A stretch of DNA of 40,812 nt, from assembly GCA_050259015.1 (NCBI GenBank), contig JBLMZV010000050.1:1-40812 (forward strand), read 5' to 3'. Origin of the DNA: Candidatus Saccharimonadota bacterium (GTDB lineage: Bacteria > Patescibacteriota > Doudnabacteria > UBA920 > O2-02-FULL-48-8). The translations under genes were made by a program, and so were the position numbers. This document shows positions 1 to 8,501 of this stretch, in pieces; position 1 is the stretch's first letter; each line of letters starts with the position of its first letter. The notes under the pieces were generated by a model. It searched no databases. It saw only the letters and a program-made list of their open reading frames with translations, and was not told the origin of the DNA.

Positions 1-741
1 GTGCCGTCGGCCGGCGATGTCCTAAAGTCGTATTCCTCGCTTGAAGAGGCGAAAAACCTGGCTTTGGCCGCGGTGAAGGCCGAACGGGCCAAGAAAATCC
101 AGAGGCTTGGACAGGTTAATGTTTCTTCGAAAGATTTAAACATCATCCTCAAGGTCGACGTCTTGGGCAGTCTCGAGGCCATCAATGAGGCGCTGACCAA
201 ACTGAAGAACACCGAGGTCAATCTGAATGTCCTGGAACAAGGGGCCGGGGAAATCAACGAGAACGATATCCTGCGCGCCGCCTCTGCCGGAGCGGTCATC
301 ATCGGATTCCATACCCGGATCAGCCCGCAGGCCACCAAGCTGGCGGCTGCCAAGCGCGTTCCGGTCCAGATTTACGACGTTATTTATGAATTGCTGGAGG
401 ACCTTACCCGGCAAGTGGTGGAGATGCTCACGCCTGAGGTTCTACGAGCCGATCTCGGACGCGCCAAGATCCTCGCGATTTTCCGGACCGAGAAGGAGAA
501 GATGATCGTCGGCGGCACCGTTGCGGAAGGCAAGGTCAAGGAGGGAAGCCTCTTTGAGATCAAGCGTTCGGATCAGATCGTCGGCCGTGGCGCTATCCTG
601 GAGCTGCAGCAGAACAAGGTCAAATCCAAAGAGGTCCTGCGCGGTTCCGACTTCGGAATGAGCGTAAAGTCGGATGTCAAAGTGGAAGAAGGGGATGTGC
701 TGATAATCTATGAAGAATCAGTCAGGAAACGGACCCTGTAA
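1..741 (+). CDS. infB: Translation initiation factor IF-2, C-terminal part (5'-truncated by the window edge)
   Basis: The frame is open from base 1. The translation shows IF-2 C-terminal domains (VDVLGSLEAI, IIGFHT, GGTVAEGKV, DVLIIYEE). It is followed by rbfA, the usual infB-rbfA order. Confidence 0.9.
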   Translation: MPSAGDVLKSYSSLEEAKNLALAAVKAERAKKIQRLGQVNVSSKDLNIILKVDVLGSLEAINEALTKLKNTEVNLNVLEQGAGEINENDILRAASAGAVIIGFHTRISPQATKLAAAKRVPVQIYDVIYELLEDLTRQVVEMLTPEVLRADLGRAKILAIFRTEKEKMIVGGTVAEGKVKEGSLFEIKRSDQIVGRGAILELQQNKVKSKEVLRGSDFGMSVKSDVKVEEGDVLIIYEESVRKRTL

Positions 742-767
742 GATGAATTAATTTTGGAATCAGTTTT

Positions 768-1106
768 ATGTCCCGTCGGACCGAAAAAGTTGAATCCCTG
801 CTGCAACAGACTTTGGGCGACATGCTCGAGCGGATCGATCTGCCGTCCATGACCACCATCAGCAAGGTGGAGGTTTCTCCTGACCTTAAGCACGCCAAAG
901 TCTGGATCACCGTCCTGGAGGGGGAAAGCAAAGAGCAGCAGGTGCTGGATTTTCTGGCCAACGAGCTCTACGGCCTGCAGGGCGAGCTGAACAGGAAATT
1001 TACGATGAGAAATGTGCCGCGCATTTCTTTTTTTGTCGATCACTCGGAAGAGTACGCGTCCCATATCAACGAACTGCTGCGCAAGACCAAGCGCGAAGAT
1101 GAATAA
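768..1106 (+). CDS. rbfA: Ribosome-binding factor A
   Basis: 112 aa, beginning MSRRTEKVESLLQQTLGDML, with ISKVEVSPDLKHAKVW typical of RbfA. Lies directly after infB. Confidence 0.85.
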   Translation: MSRRTEKVESLLQQTLGDMLERIDLPSMTTISKVEVSPDLKHAKVWITVLEGESKEQQVLDFLANELYGLQGELNRKFTMRNVPRISFFVDHSEEYASHINELLRKTKREDE

Positions 1107-2076
1107 TATGGTTTCCGCCGAACTTAAATTCCAATTCAGGAAAGCCTGGGACCTGATCGGGGCCGCGGACAATATTTTGCTGACCACCCACGAAGGCACG
1201 GACGGGGATGACCTGGGCAGTCTGCTTGCGGTCTATCAGGTGCTTGCCAAGGCGAACAAGCGCCTGACCATCTGCGTCAAGGAAGGCGTGCCTCATAATC
1301 TGCTGTTTTTGCCCGAGAACGAACTGGTGAACGACCTATATCGGCCGGGGGATTACGATCTCCTGATTACGTTCGGCTGCGGCAAGCTGTCCCGTCCGGG
1401 TTTTCCGGAAGTGGCGGAATATTCCGGCAAGATCCTGAATTTCGATCATCATCCCGACAACTCGCTCTTCGGGACAGTCAATCTGGTGGAACCCAAGACC
1501 GCGGCGGTGGCCGAGCTCGTCTATTATTTTTTGAAGTCGAGCGATCAGGTCGCGATCGACAAGAACATCGCCACCTGCCTGTTGACGGGCATCTTCACGG
1601 ACACGGGCGGGTTCAAACATTCCAACACCACCTCGGAAGTGCTGGAGGCGGCAGCGGAGCTGATGAAGAAAGGAGCCCGCATCGACCGCATCTCCTCTTT
1701 TACCATCGGGCAGAAGCGGCCGCAGACCATCCGGGCATGGTCCAAGGCTTTGGAAAACACCCGGTTCGATAAAGACAAGCGGATGGTATTCTCGGTATTG
1801 ACCGAGGAAGACCTGAAGGATATCGGAGCCACGGACGAGGACCTGTCCGGATTCGTGGAGCTCATCAACAACATCCCTTACGCCAAGTTCGCCCTGCTGT
1901 TAAGGCAGGACGGGGAATTGGTCAGGGGCAGTCTCCGCTCCGAGCCGCATAAGCGTACGGACGTTTCGCGGATCGCCCACTCGTTCGGTGGCGGCGGGCA
2001 TAAATACGCCTCCGGCTTCCGGTTGAAGGGCAGATTGGTGAAGGATAAGGATTCGTGGAAGATCGAGGAAGCATAA
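1099..2076 (+). CDS. DHH/DHHA1-family phosphoesterase (NrnA-like nanoRNase/pAp phosphatase)
   Basis: Motifs THEGTDGDDLGS, NFDHHPDN, GIFTDTGGF and a C-terminal GGGGH (DHHA1). The ATG at 1099 overlaps the rbfA stop. The ORF-track start at 1012 lies inside rbfA and is unlikely. Confidence 0.8.
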   Translation: MNNMVSAELKFQFRKAWDLIGAADNILLTTHEGTDGDDLGSLLAVYQVLAKANKRLTICVKEGVPHNLLFLPENELVNDLYRPGDYDLLITFGCGKLSRPGFPEVAEYSGKILNFDHHPDNSLFGTVNLVEPKTAAVAELVYYFLKSSDQVAIDKNIATCLLTGIFTDTGGFKHSNTTSEVLEAAAELMKKGARIDRISSFTIGQKRPQTIRAWSKALENTRFDKDKRMVFSVLTEEDLKDIGATDEDLSGFVELINNIPYAKFALLLRQDGELVRGSLRSEPHKRTDVSRIAHSFGGGGHKYASGFRLKGRLVKDKDSWKIEEA

Positions 2077-2140
2077 GCGGCTAAACCGGCGGAAAGGCGG
2101 CGTAAACGGCTTTTTGAAAACGGCAAAATATGGTAAAATA

Positions 2141-2166
2141 AACGGGTAAAAGTCACCCGTTTTTTG
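2141..2166 (+). terminator. Rho-independent terminator after the DHH gene
   Basis: ACGGGT-aaaagtc-ACCCGT hairpin followed by TTTTT. Confidence 0.6.
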
Positions 2167-2267
2167 TTACCGCGCAAGCGAACCGCCGCGGCTGGTCCTG
2201 ACAGGTGCGGACTGGCGACGGCGGCGTGAATTTGAAAAACACCTCTTATTTAACTGACACAAACTCA

Positions 2268-4460
2268 ATGGGACGAAAAAAAACGAAAGACCAAAGGTCA
2301 GACATGGCATTCAAGCGGCCTCAGCTCAATCTCAAGCATGAAACCCGGAAGGCCATCATCTCCGTTTTCTTCATCGTGATCGCGGTGCTGTTCGCCTTAT
2401 CCCTCAGCGGTTCGGCGGGCAGTTTCGGCCAGGTCGCAAGTAGGGTTCTAAGGCTGGCCTTCGGATGGATGGCTTACGGCGTCCCGGTCATATTCCTGAT
2501 CGTGGCTTTGGCGCTTTTAAGGAAAGACGAGGGCGAGGACGCCAACACGGTGTCCACGCACGCTTACGTGGGAGCGGTGCTTTTGACCGTGACCTTAACC
2601 GGTTTCCTGCATGCCCTGGTTCTGAAGGCTGATGTCAATCAGGCTTTCCAGCTGGTTAAGGACGGCCGCGGCGGCGGATATCTCGGGGTCCTTTCCAGTT
2701 ATCCTCTGATGCAACTGATGGGCTTCGTCGCGACCCTGGTCGTGATCGTCGCTGGAGTGATCGTTTCGGTTATGGTCACTTTCAACATTTCGCTCCGCGA
2801 CCTGCTGTTTAGGAAAGTGAAGCAAGAAGGACCGCTACCGCTGAAACCCAAAGTGGCGCCGCTTAAGATCAACAACTCCGCCACCGGGTTCACCAAAGAC
2901 ACCGTGGGCGAAGCCAACAAGGCGGTGAAGGAGATCGAGCGCGAGAAGCTGGAGCCGGTGGTGAATACGCATGCCGATGCCCCCTTGGATCACAAAGTCA
3001 CGAAAGCGATGCTTAAGGAAGCGACCGACAAGAGCTGGAAGTTCCCGTCTCTGGATTTTCTGGAGGAAACCAAGACCAAGGTCGATTCCGGTAACATCGA
3101 GGCCAACGTCGCCATCATCCAGAAGACTCTGGCCGACTTCGGGATCGAGGTGGAAATGGGCGAAGTGAACGTCGGCCCTACCGTGACTCAATATACCCTG
3201 CGGCCGGCGGTCGGCGTAAAGCTGTCGCAGATCGCGGCATTGCAGAACGATCTGGCTTTGGCCTTGGCCGCCAGTTCCATCCGTATGGAACTTCCGATCC
3301 CCGGCAAGGCTTTGGTTGGCGTGGAGATTCCGAACAAGTCTACGGCCCTGGTGCGGATCAAGGAAATCATCGGCAGCAGCCTGTTCGTCAACAGCCCCTC
3401 CCGGCTCACTTTCTCTTTGGGGCGGGACGTGGCCGGGCATCCGATGATTACCGATCTGGCCAAGATGCCGCATCTTCTGATCGCGGGGGCCACGGGCAGC
3501 GGCAAATCCGTCTGCGTAAACAGCCTTTTGGTCAGCCTGCTGTACCGGGCGACGCCTTCCGAAGTTAAGCTTATCGTGATCGACCCCAAGCGGGTGGAAC
3601 TCTCCCTTTATAACGGCATACCGCACCTGATGACGCCGGTCGTGACCGATCATCAGCAGGCGGTTAACGCGCTGAAGTGGGCCGTGTCGGAAATGGATCG
3701 CCGGTACAAGCTGTTGGCTGAGGTGCACAAGCGCAATATTTCGGAGTTTAATTCCTCTTCCCTGATGCAGCTGCCGTATCTGGTGATCGTGGTGGACGAG
3801 TTGGCGGACCTTATGGCCGTCGCGCAGAATGATGTGGAAGCGGCGATCGTGCGCCTGGCGCAGATGGCGCGCGCAGTCGGCATCCATTTGGTGGTGGCCA
3901 CGCAGCGTCCTTCGGTGGATGTCATCACCGGGCTGATCAAGGCCAACATCACGGCGCGCATAGCCTTCGCGGTGGCCAGCCAGGTCGACTCCCGAACGAT
4001 CCTGGACATGTCGGGCGCGGAAAAGCTGCTCGGTTCGGGCGACATGCTTTACATCACTTCCGATCTGCCCAAGCCCAAGCGCATTCAGGGCACCTTCGTG
4101 ACCGAGAAGGAAATCCGAAAAATCACCGACTTCATCCGGGAACAGTCCGGGGCGGTCATCTATGACGAAAAGATTCTTGAGAAGCCCAGGCACGATTCGG
4201 CTGGAGGCGGATTCGACGGTGAAGGCGATGATGATGAACTCGTGGAACAGGCAATCGAGGTGGTGCAGTCCGCCGGCAAGGCCTCCGCGTCGCTCTTGCA
4301 GCGCAGGCTTCGGATCGGGTACGCGCGCGCTGCCCGCATGCTCGATATTTTGGAAGACAAGGGCATCGTGGGGCCGGGCGAGGGGGCGAAGCCCAGGGAA
4401 GTGTATGGCGTGAGCGCGTCAGAGGGAGAGGAGCAGGAAGAGGAAGTCGAGAACTACTAA
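2268..4460 (+). CDS. ftsK: DNA translocase FtsK/SpoIIIE
   Basis: N-terminal TM helices, Walker A GATGSGKS, Walker B VVDELADL, and a C-terminal winged-helix gamma domain (LLQRRLRIGYARAARMLDILE). Start set at the first ATG (2268); the track start at 2205 is GTG. Confidence 0.92.
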   Translation: MGRKKTKDQRSDMAFKRPQLNLKHETRKAIISVFFIVIAVLFALSLSGSAGSFGQVASRVLRLAFGWMAYGVPVIFLIVALALLRKDEGEDANTVSTHAYVGAVLLTVTLTGFLHALVLKADVNQAFQLVKDGRGGGYLGVLSSYPLMQLMGFVATLVVIVAGVIVSVMVTFNISLRDLLFRKVKQEGPLPLKPKVAPLKINNSATGFTKDTVGEANKAVKEIEREKLEPVVNTHADAPLDHKVTKAMLKEATDKSWKFPSLDFLEETKTKVDSGNIEANVAIIQKTLADFGIEVEMGEVNVGPTVTQYTLRPAVGVKLSQIAALQNDLALALAASSIRMELPIPGKALVGVEIPNKSTALVRIKEIIGSSLFVNSPSRLTFSLGRDVAGHPMITDLAKMPHLLIAGATGSGKSVCVNSLLVSLLYRATPSEVKLIVIDPKRVELSLYNGIPHLMTPVVTDHQQAVNALKWAVSEMDRRYKLLAEVHKRNISEFNSSSLMQLPYLVIVVDELADLMAVAQNDVEAAIVRLAQMARAVGIHLVVATQRPSVDVITGLIKANITARIAFAVASQVDSRTILDMSGAEKLLGSGDMLYITSDLPKPKRIQGTFVTEKEIRKITDFIREQSGAVIYDEKILEKPRHDSAGGGFDGEGDDDELVEQAIEVVQSAGKASASLLQRRLRIGYARAARMLDILEDKGIVGPGEGAKPREVYGVSASEGEEQEEEVENY

Positions 4461-4475
4461 GATAAGGACCAGGGA

Positions 4476-5405
4476 ATGGCCAAGGCATTGTTTAAGACGA
4501 AACCGATCAAGATCGACACGCTGGGCGAATTTTTGGCGGACAGCCGGAAACGCCTGAATTACGATATCAAAACCGCAAGTCTTCTGACTCAGATCAAGCC
4601 GGTTTATCTGGAAAGCCTGGAAAGAGGCAAATGGAACGAGCTCCCCGCAGACGTTTACGTGCGGGGATTTCTGAAGAACCTGTCGGGGCTGTACCAGGTG
4701 GAAGAGCGGCTGCTGCTTGACCAGTACGAAAAAGAACACGGGTTCGAGCCGAAAGCCGAAAAGCGCAAACAGCCGGAAGTGCGTGCGGTGCTCACTCCCA
4801 AGACGATCATCATAACGGTTACGGTCCTGCTTTCGTTCCTTGCGATCGGGTATGTGGTGTCTCAGATCAGTTCCGTGCTGTCGCCTCCCAAACTGTCGCT
4901 CGCCGAACCGGTTTCTGACCTGACCGTCAAAGGCAACAGCCTGATGGTTTCGGGCAACGCCGAAATAGGGGCGGATGTGATGATCAACGGCCAGGCAGTG
5001 CTTTCCGATAAGAACGGCGATTTTTCGGAAAATCTGGCCCTGAGCCCAGGCTTGAACGTGGTGGAAGTGTCCGTAAAGAATAAGTTCAACAAGGTCAGTA
5101 CGGTCGTACGCCGGATCAACGCCGACATACCCGAAGCTCAGCCGCCGGCGGAAGCGCTGCCGGTAAACGTCACGGTGGAGGTAGGACCGGGCAGCGCCTG
5201 GATCTATATGGAAGCGGACGGGGTGGTGGTGGCGCGCGGTACGATGCTGCCGGGCTCGAGCAAGTCGGTTTCGGCCAAGGATGAAATCCTCCTGACCTCC
5301 TCGGATGCGGGGTCGACGAAGGTGCAATACAACGGCAAGGACATGGGGACCCTCGGCCGATCGGGCGAAGTCATCCGCAACGTGGAGTTTACCTCCCAAA
5401 AATAA
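4476..5405 (+). CDS. RodZ-like membrane protein: N-terminal HTH, one TM helix, Ig-like segment, DUF4115-like C-terminus
   Basis: N-terminal Xre-type HTH region (LGEFLADSRKRLNYDIKTAS...YLESLERG), TM helix IIITVTVLLSFLAIGYVV, and C-terminal VEVGPGSAWIYMEADG...STKVQYNG. Confidence 0.65.
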   Translation: MAKALFKTKPIKIDTLGEFLADSRKRLNYDIKTASLLTQIKPVYLESLERGKWNELPADVYVRGFLKNLSGLYQVEERLLLDQYEKEHGFEPKAEKRKQPEVRAVLTPKTIIITVTVLLSFLAIGYVVSQISSVLSPPKLSLAEPVSDLTVKGNSLMVSGNAEIGADVMINGQAVLSDKNGDFSENLALSPGLNVVEVSVKNKFNKVSTVVRRINADIPEAQPPAEALPVNVTVEVGPGSAWIYMEADGVVVARGTMLPGSSKSVSAKDEILLTSSDAGSTKVQYNGKDMGTLGRSGEVIRNVEFTSQK

Positions 5406-5419
5406 ATCTCCAAACTTTA

Positions 5420-5447
5420 AACCGCGACATGAACGTCGCGGTTTTTT
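5420..5447 (+). terminator. Rho-independent terminator
   Basis: ACCGCGAC-atgaac-GTCGCGGT hairpin followed by TTTTTT. Confidence 0.7.
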
Positions 5448-5455
5448 GTCGGCCC

Positions 5456-5483
5456 TTGCCTTAGAATATATTTCATTTATACT
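5456..5483 (+). promoter_or_regulatory. Putative recA promoter
   Basis: TTGCCT, 16-nt spacer, TATACT, about 40 nt upstream of the recA ATG. Confidence 0.5.
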
Positions 5484-5523
5484 TAAAATGTAGATTAATT
5501 TTGGCGGTTAAGGGGAAACAACA

Positions 5524-6555
5524 ATGGCAAAAAACAGCAACAAACCGGAGAACAAAGACGGCCTCGAGCAGGCCCTGGCTTCCATCCGAGACAAGTTCGG
5601 GGAAGGCTCGATCATGACTTTGCAGAAGGCGACGACCATGAATGTCGAAGCGATCCCGACCGGCTCGATCTCTCTCGACATCGCGCTCGGCGTCGGCGGA
5701 ATCCCGAAGGGCAGGATCATTGAAGTGTACGGACCGGAAGCTTCCGGCAAGACCACGCTCGCGATGCACATGATGGCGGAGGTCCAGCGCGAGGGCGGTG
5801 TCGCCGCGTTCGTGGATGCGGAACACGCGCTCGATCCGGAGCGGGCGAAAGCCGTCGGCGTGAAAGTCGATAAACTTTTGATTTCGCAACCGGACAACGG
5901 CGAACAGGCGCTCGACATCGTGGAGGCCTTGGTGAGATCCAACGCGGTCGACATCATCGTTATCGATTCGGTGGCCGCCTTGACGCCACGCGCGGAGATC
6001 GACGGCGAGATGGGCGACTCGCACATGGGGCTGCATGCCCGACTGATGAGCCAGGCGCTCCGGAAACTCACCGGCATCATTTCCAAATCCAAATCGACTG
6101 TGGTGTTCATCAATCAGATCCGCATGAAGATCGGCGTGATGTTCGGCAACCCTGAAACCACCACCGGCGGCCAGGCCCTGAAATTTTATTCGTCGGTGCG
6201 GATCGAAGTCAGGAAGATGGCGCAGATCAAGCAGGGCGAGGCTATCGTCGGCAACCGGGTGAAAGCCAAGATCGTCAAGAACAAAGTCTCGGCGCCGTTT
6301 AAGACTGCCGAATTCGACATCATGTTTTCCGAAGGCGGCATATCCTACACCGGCGACCTCCTGGACACCGGTTTGCGGTCGGGGATCGTCGAGAAGACCG
6401 GCAACACTTATGCGTTCGGAGAAGTTAAGCTGGGAGTCGGCCGGGAAAACGCCAAGACCTTCCTGAAGGATAACCCGAAGGTCGCCAAGGACATCGACAA
6501 GCAGATTCGTCTGAAGGCGAAGAGCGGGGATTTGACCCTCGCGCCGCTGGAATAA
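5524..6555 (+). CDS. recA: Recombinase RecA
   Basis: Canonical RecA sequence: [52 protein letters not shown]. Confidence 0.98.
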   Translation: MAKNSNKPENKDGLEQALASIRDKFGEGSIMTLQKATTMNVEAIPTGSISLDIALGVGGIPKGRIIEVYGPEASGKTTLAMHMMAEVQREGGVAAFVDAEHALDPERAKAVGVKVDKLLISQPDNGEQALDIVEALVRSNAVDIIVIDSVAALTPRAEIDGEMGDSHMGLHARLMSQALRKLTGIISKSKSTVVFINQIRMKIGVMFGNPETTTGGQALKFYSSVRIEVRKMAQIKQGEAIVGNRVKAKIVKNKVSAPFKTAEFDIMFSEGGISYTGDLLDTGLRSGIVEKTGNTYAFGEVKLGVGRENAKTFLKDNPKVAKDIDKQIRLKAKSGDLTLAPLE

Positions 6556-6571
6556 GGCTTAAAAAAATTCG

Positions 6572-6601
6572 AAAGCTCCGGAATCCGTTCCGGAGCTTTT
6601 T
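6572..6601 (+). terminator. recA terminator
   Basis: GCTCCGG-aatccgtt-CCGGAGC hairpin followed by TTTTT. Confidence 0.75.
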
Positions 6602-6761
6602 ACGTCACGAAATTTTAAGTAAAAATGAAAAAATTGAAAATGTATTGGGTTTTCATCGGTCGCTTAACGCTCTGAACGGTCAGTGGAACGGTTTGACGCG
6701 CTGCCGAAAACCTCAGGCAATCCGGAGTTTTCATAAATTAGCGCAAAAACATCCGTGAAGA

Positions 6762-6790
6762 TTGACATCGCTTCGCATTTTTGCTATACT
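6762..6790 (+). promoter_or_regulatory. Near-consensus sigma70-type promoter with no ORF behind it
   Basis: TTGACA (6762-6767), exactly 17 nt, TATACT (6785-6790), with TGC immediately upstream of the -10. Confidence 0.6.
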
Positions 6791-6795
6791 TAGTG

Positions 6796-7262
6796 CAGAA
6801 CATTGACAAATAAATATTGCGGTAGCGGAGAAAGCCGGAAGTTCAAACGAAATTTGAATCTCCCGCGTTCTCCACTATTCGTCATAGCTGTTCTAGTCCA
6901 GCTGTCTGTAAAACAAAAATAAAAAGTGCGACTAAAAGCAAACAAAAATAAAAAAAACAAAAATAGTTTTGTTAGGTCTGAATAAGACCCCAAGAACGGT
7001 GTAGAACTTCTGCTTATAAATTGACTAGATATATAAGCTCTCGCGGCTTCCACAGATGTATGTTTACTTCTGCTCAGGCTTGGCGGCTTAAAACAAAATT
7101 TTTTAAGCCCCCGAACCTGAGCGGAGATAAGCTACGTGGATGTCGTCCAAAACAGGGCGGAACTCGCTAATTATTTTTTAATAAATTGAGCGGCACGTTC
7201 CGCTCTGTATCCCATAAAGATCCAGAGCGTAAAACAGGAAGCCTTAAGGGCTGATTTTTTTT
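6796..7262 (+). ncRNA. Candidate structured non-coding RNA of unknown class. Both ends are approximate.
   Basis: No plausible ORF on either strand and a strong promoter upstream. Hairpins: GGAGAA..TTCTCC enclosing TTCAAA-cgaaa-TTTGAA (about 6826-6878), GGTCT-gaata-AGACC (6975-6989), a 21-bp stem (7073-7121), and GAGCGG-cacgtt-CCGCTC (7187-7204). An A-rich tract carries a 14-nt direct repeat. The region ends in a short stem plus T8 at 7240-7262. Confidence 0.3.
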
Positions 7263-7286
7263 GTCCGTTTTCGGTCGAAGGCACGA

Positions 7287-7315
7287 TTGTCTTCCGGGTT
7301 GCCATTTGGTATACT
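7287..7315 (+). promoter_or_regulatory. Putative promoter of the dksA-like/lspA unit
   Basis: TTGTCT, 17-nt spacer, TATACT, 24 nt upstream of the ATG at 7339. Confidence 0.5.
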
Positions 7316-7338
7316 TAAGCAAAGAGTTAAGCAAAAAT

Positions 7339-7695
7339 ATGAACGACCAACTGATTGAAGAGAATAAGAAAAAGTTGCTGGCCGAACAGACCAAGCTGCG
7401 GGGCATCTTAGGCGGCATGGGGAAGTTCGAAGGCAAGGGCCAGTTTCCCGGCGACTACAAACCGGACTTTCCGCAGTTCGGCGACGAAGAAGGCGAAGAT
7501 GCAAACGAGGTCGAAGTCTACGACCAGAACATCGGCGTCACCCGCGATCTCGAAAAGAGACTTTCGAACGTCGAGGCCGCGCTTAAGAGAATCGAAGACG
7601 GAACTTACGGCAAGTGCGTGGAAGGGGATGAGATCGAAGAGGATCGCTTGCGCGCGGTGCCGGAGGCGGACCGTTGCATCAAGCACTCCGCATAG
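7339..7695 (+). CDS. TraR/DksA-family regulator-like protein (reduced-Cys variant)
   Basis: 118 aa with an N-terminal coiled-coil (KKKLLAEQTKLRGIL) and C-terminal GTYGKCVEGDEIEEDRLRAVPEADRCIKH, resembling a DksA/YteA zinc-finger region. Only two Cys are present. Confidence 0.6.
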   Translation: MNDQLIEENKKKLLAEQTKLRGILGGMGKFEGKGQFPGDYKPDFPQFGDEEGEDANEVEVYDQNIGVTRDLEKRLSNVEAALKRIEDGTYGKCVEGDEIEEDRLRAVPEADRCIKHSA

Positions 7696-7702
7696 GATCG
7701 AG

Positions 7703-8122
7703 ATGTCACGCGCTGTCCCCAAAATCATAGTTCTCATTTTGATCGATCAAATCACGAAGCTGCTGCTGGCGCCTCGTGATTTTTCTTTCCTGTTTTTCCG
7801 TATCCGGCAGATTGCCAACGCCGGGCTGTCGTTCGGCCTGACTTTCGCCAATCCGGTCAGTCTGGTCATCGTCGCCGGCTGCCTGCTGCTCCTCGCAATT
7901 CAGTTCCTAAAAAATCCGCCCCGTACCGCGGTGCAAAATTGGGGTACGATCCTGGTGCTTGCGGGCGGCATTTCGAATATCCTGGACCGCCTGTTCCGGG
8001 GATTCGTTTTGGACTTCGTGGATGTGGGATTGGGATTCACGTTCAATCTTGCCGACTGCATGATTTTTGCCGGCCTGGTCGCGCTGCTGCTGCCGATCAC
8101 CAGGGAGGCGTGGAAAAAGTAG
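7703..8122 (+). CDS. lspA: Lipoprotein signal peptidase II
   Basis: Motifs NAGLSFG, GGISNILDR, VLDFVD and FNLADC, with four hydrophobic helices. The ORF-track N-terminal extension from 7499 overlaps the dksA-like gene and is Arg/Ser-rich junk. Confidence 0.85.
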   Translation: MSRAVPKIIVLILIDQITKLLLAPRDFSFLFFRIRQIANAGLSFGLTFANPVSLVIVAGCLLLLAIQFLKNPPRTAVQNWGTILVLAGGISNILDRLFRGFVLDFVDVGLGFTFNLADCMIFAGLVALLLPITREAWKK

Positions 8123-8151
8123 TTTCCGTATCGAAATGGTACAAAAAATAT

Positions 8152-8171
8152 ATTGCCACTTCGGCAATTTT
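8152..8171 (+). terminator. Terminator after lspA
   Basis: ATTGCC-acttc-GGCAAT hairpin followed by TTTT. Confidence 0.55.
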
Positions 8172-8256
8172 GGCCATTTGTCACGATGACACCTTTCGGG
8201 AGCCTGGGATAAGATGGTGAGGAATAAGCTTAAGGCTTAGGAAGGAGGTGTTAGTC

Positions 8257-8364
8257 ATGGCACGAAAGACAGAAGGACGCCGGGGCTGGTTCGGAGATTC
8301 GGAACGGCACGCGGAAGTGGGCAGAAAGGGCGGTAAGGCCCGCGGCAGAAAAAGTCGCAAATAA
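8257..8364 (+). CDS. Small (35 aa) basic KGG-repeat stress-protein-like peptide. Not in the ORF track because it is below the size cutoff.
   Basis: Strong RBS GGAAGGAGGTG 7 nt before the ATG. The translation is MARKTEGRRGWFGDSERHAEVGRKGGKARGRKSRK, and (E/H)xxxxxGRKGGKA resembles the KGG stress-induced repeat. A 16-bp hairpin follows at 8377-8412. Confidence 0.5.
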   Translation: MARKTEGRRGWFGDSERHAEVGRKGGKARGRKSRK

Positions 8365-8420
8365 GCGTAAATAAAGGCAAACGTAAGATCGCTTCCGCGA
8401 TTCTACGTTTGCGTTGCAAG

Positions 8421-8449
8421 TTGATAAAACCGCAAAGGATGGGTATAAT
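8421..8449 (+). promoter_or_regulatory. Putative promoter of tRNA-Ile
   Basis: TTGATA, 17-nt spacer, TATAAT. Confidence 0.55.
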
Positions 8450-8501
8450 AATACAGCCGCAGAGCTGTATTTTTGATTCCGCCCGCGGCGATGATTTTCC
8501 G

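Noticed and set aside
2835-4193. A 452-aa minus-strand ORF antisense to ftsK. Similar long antisense ORFs occur at 4419-5399 (-), 8712-9986 (-), 12531-13523 (-), 18641-19507 (+), 22022-23452 (-), 25915-26607 (-) and 33118-34383 (-).
   Set aside because: All lie fully inside confidently recognised or better-supported genes on the other strand. Their translations are Arg/His/Gly/Pro/Leu-rich with no motifs. That is typical of stop-poor antisense frames of GC3-rich genes.
5462-5477. AGAATATATTTCA in the recA promoter spacer as a degenerate GAAC-N4-GTTC SOS (Cheo) box.
   Set aside because: The half-sites and spacing do not fit (GAAT-N3-TTTC at best). It is not palindromic, and it does not resemble the GAACGTTC palindrome at lexA. 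This is insufficient to call an operator.
6912-6954. The direct repeat AACAAAAATAAAAA (two copies, 29-nt period) as a possible CRISPR or tandem-repeat array.
   Set aside because: There are only two low-complexity copies, no further periodic repeats, and no cas genes in the window. It is more likely an A-rich single-stranded region of the putative RNA.
6910-6990. Possible tmRNA tag reading frame in the A-rich tract (GCA AAC AAA AAT ... GAA TAA, giving ANKNKKNKNSFVRSE).
   Set aside because: There is no tRNA-like domain: no GGGG 5' end, no T-arm GGTTCGAATCC, and no CCA-adjacent acceptor pairing anywhere in 6600-7300 on either strand. The peptide also lacks the hydrophobic xLAA-type C-terminus.
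6824-7092. Possible RNase P RNA. GCGGAGAAAGCCGG (about 6824-6837) resembles the P4 5' strand GAGGAAAGUCCGG. GGCGGCTTA (about 7083-7091) resembles the 3' strand CCGGCUUA, and the two lie at roughly the right spacing (about 260 nt).
   Set aside because: The universally conserved bulged U of P4 is absent, and there is no ACAGAA before the 3' element. There are no J11/12 (AGGGUGAAA) or GGUAAACCCC-type conserved regions. The interior is an A-rich tract unlike any RNase P specificity domain. An Infernal scan would settle it.
7499-7702. ORF-track N-terminal extensions that use upstream GTG/TTG or out-of-context starts: lspA from 7499, the DHH gene from 1012, rpsP from 29071, the Prs-like gene from 8607, rnc from 25162, clpP from 38134, the HTH gene from 39040, and the dksA-like gene from 7261.
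   Set aside because: The extensions overlap upstream genes, promoters or terminators, and are compositionally aberrant. In each case an internal ATG lies where the recognisable homologous sequence begins; some (Prs-like, rnc) also have a visible RBS. The internal starts were used.
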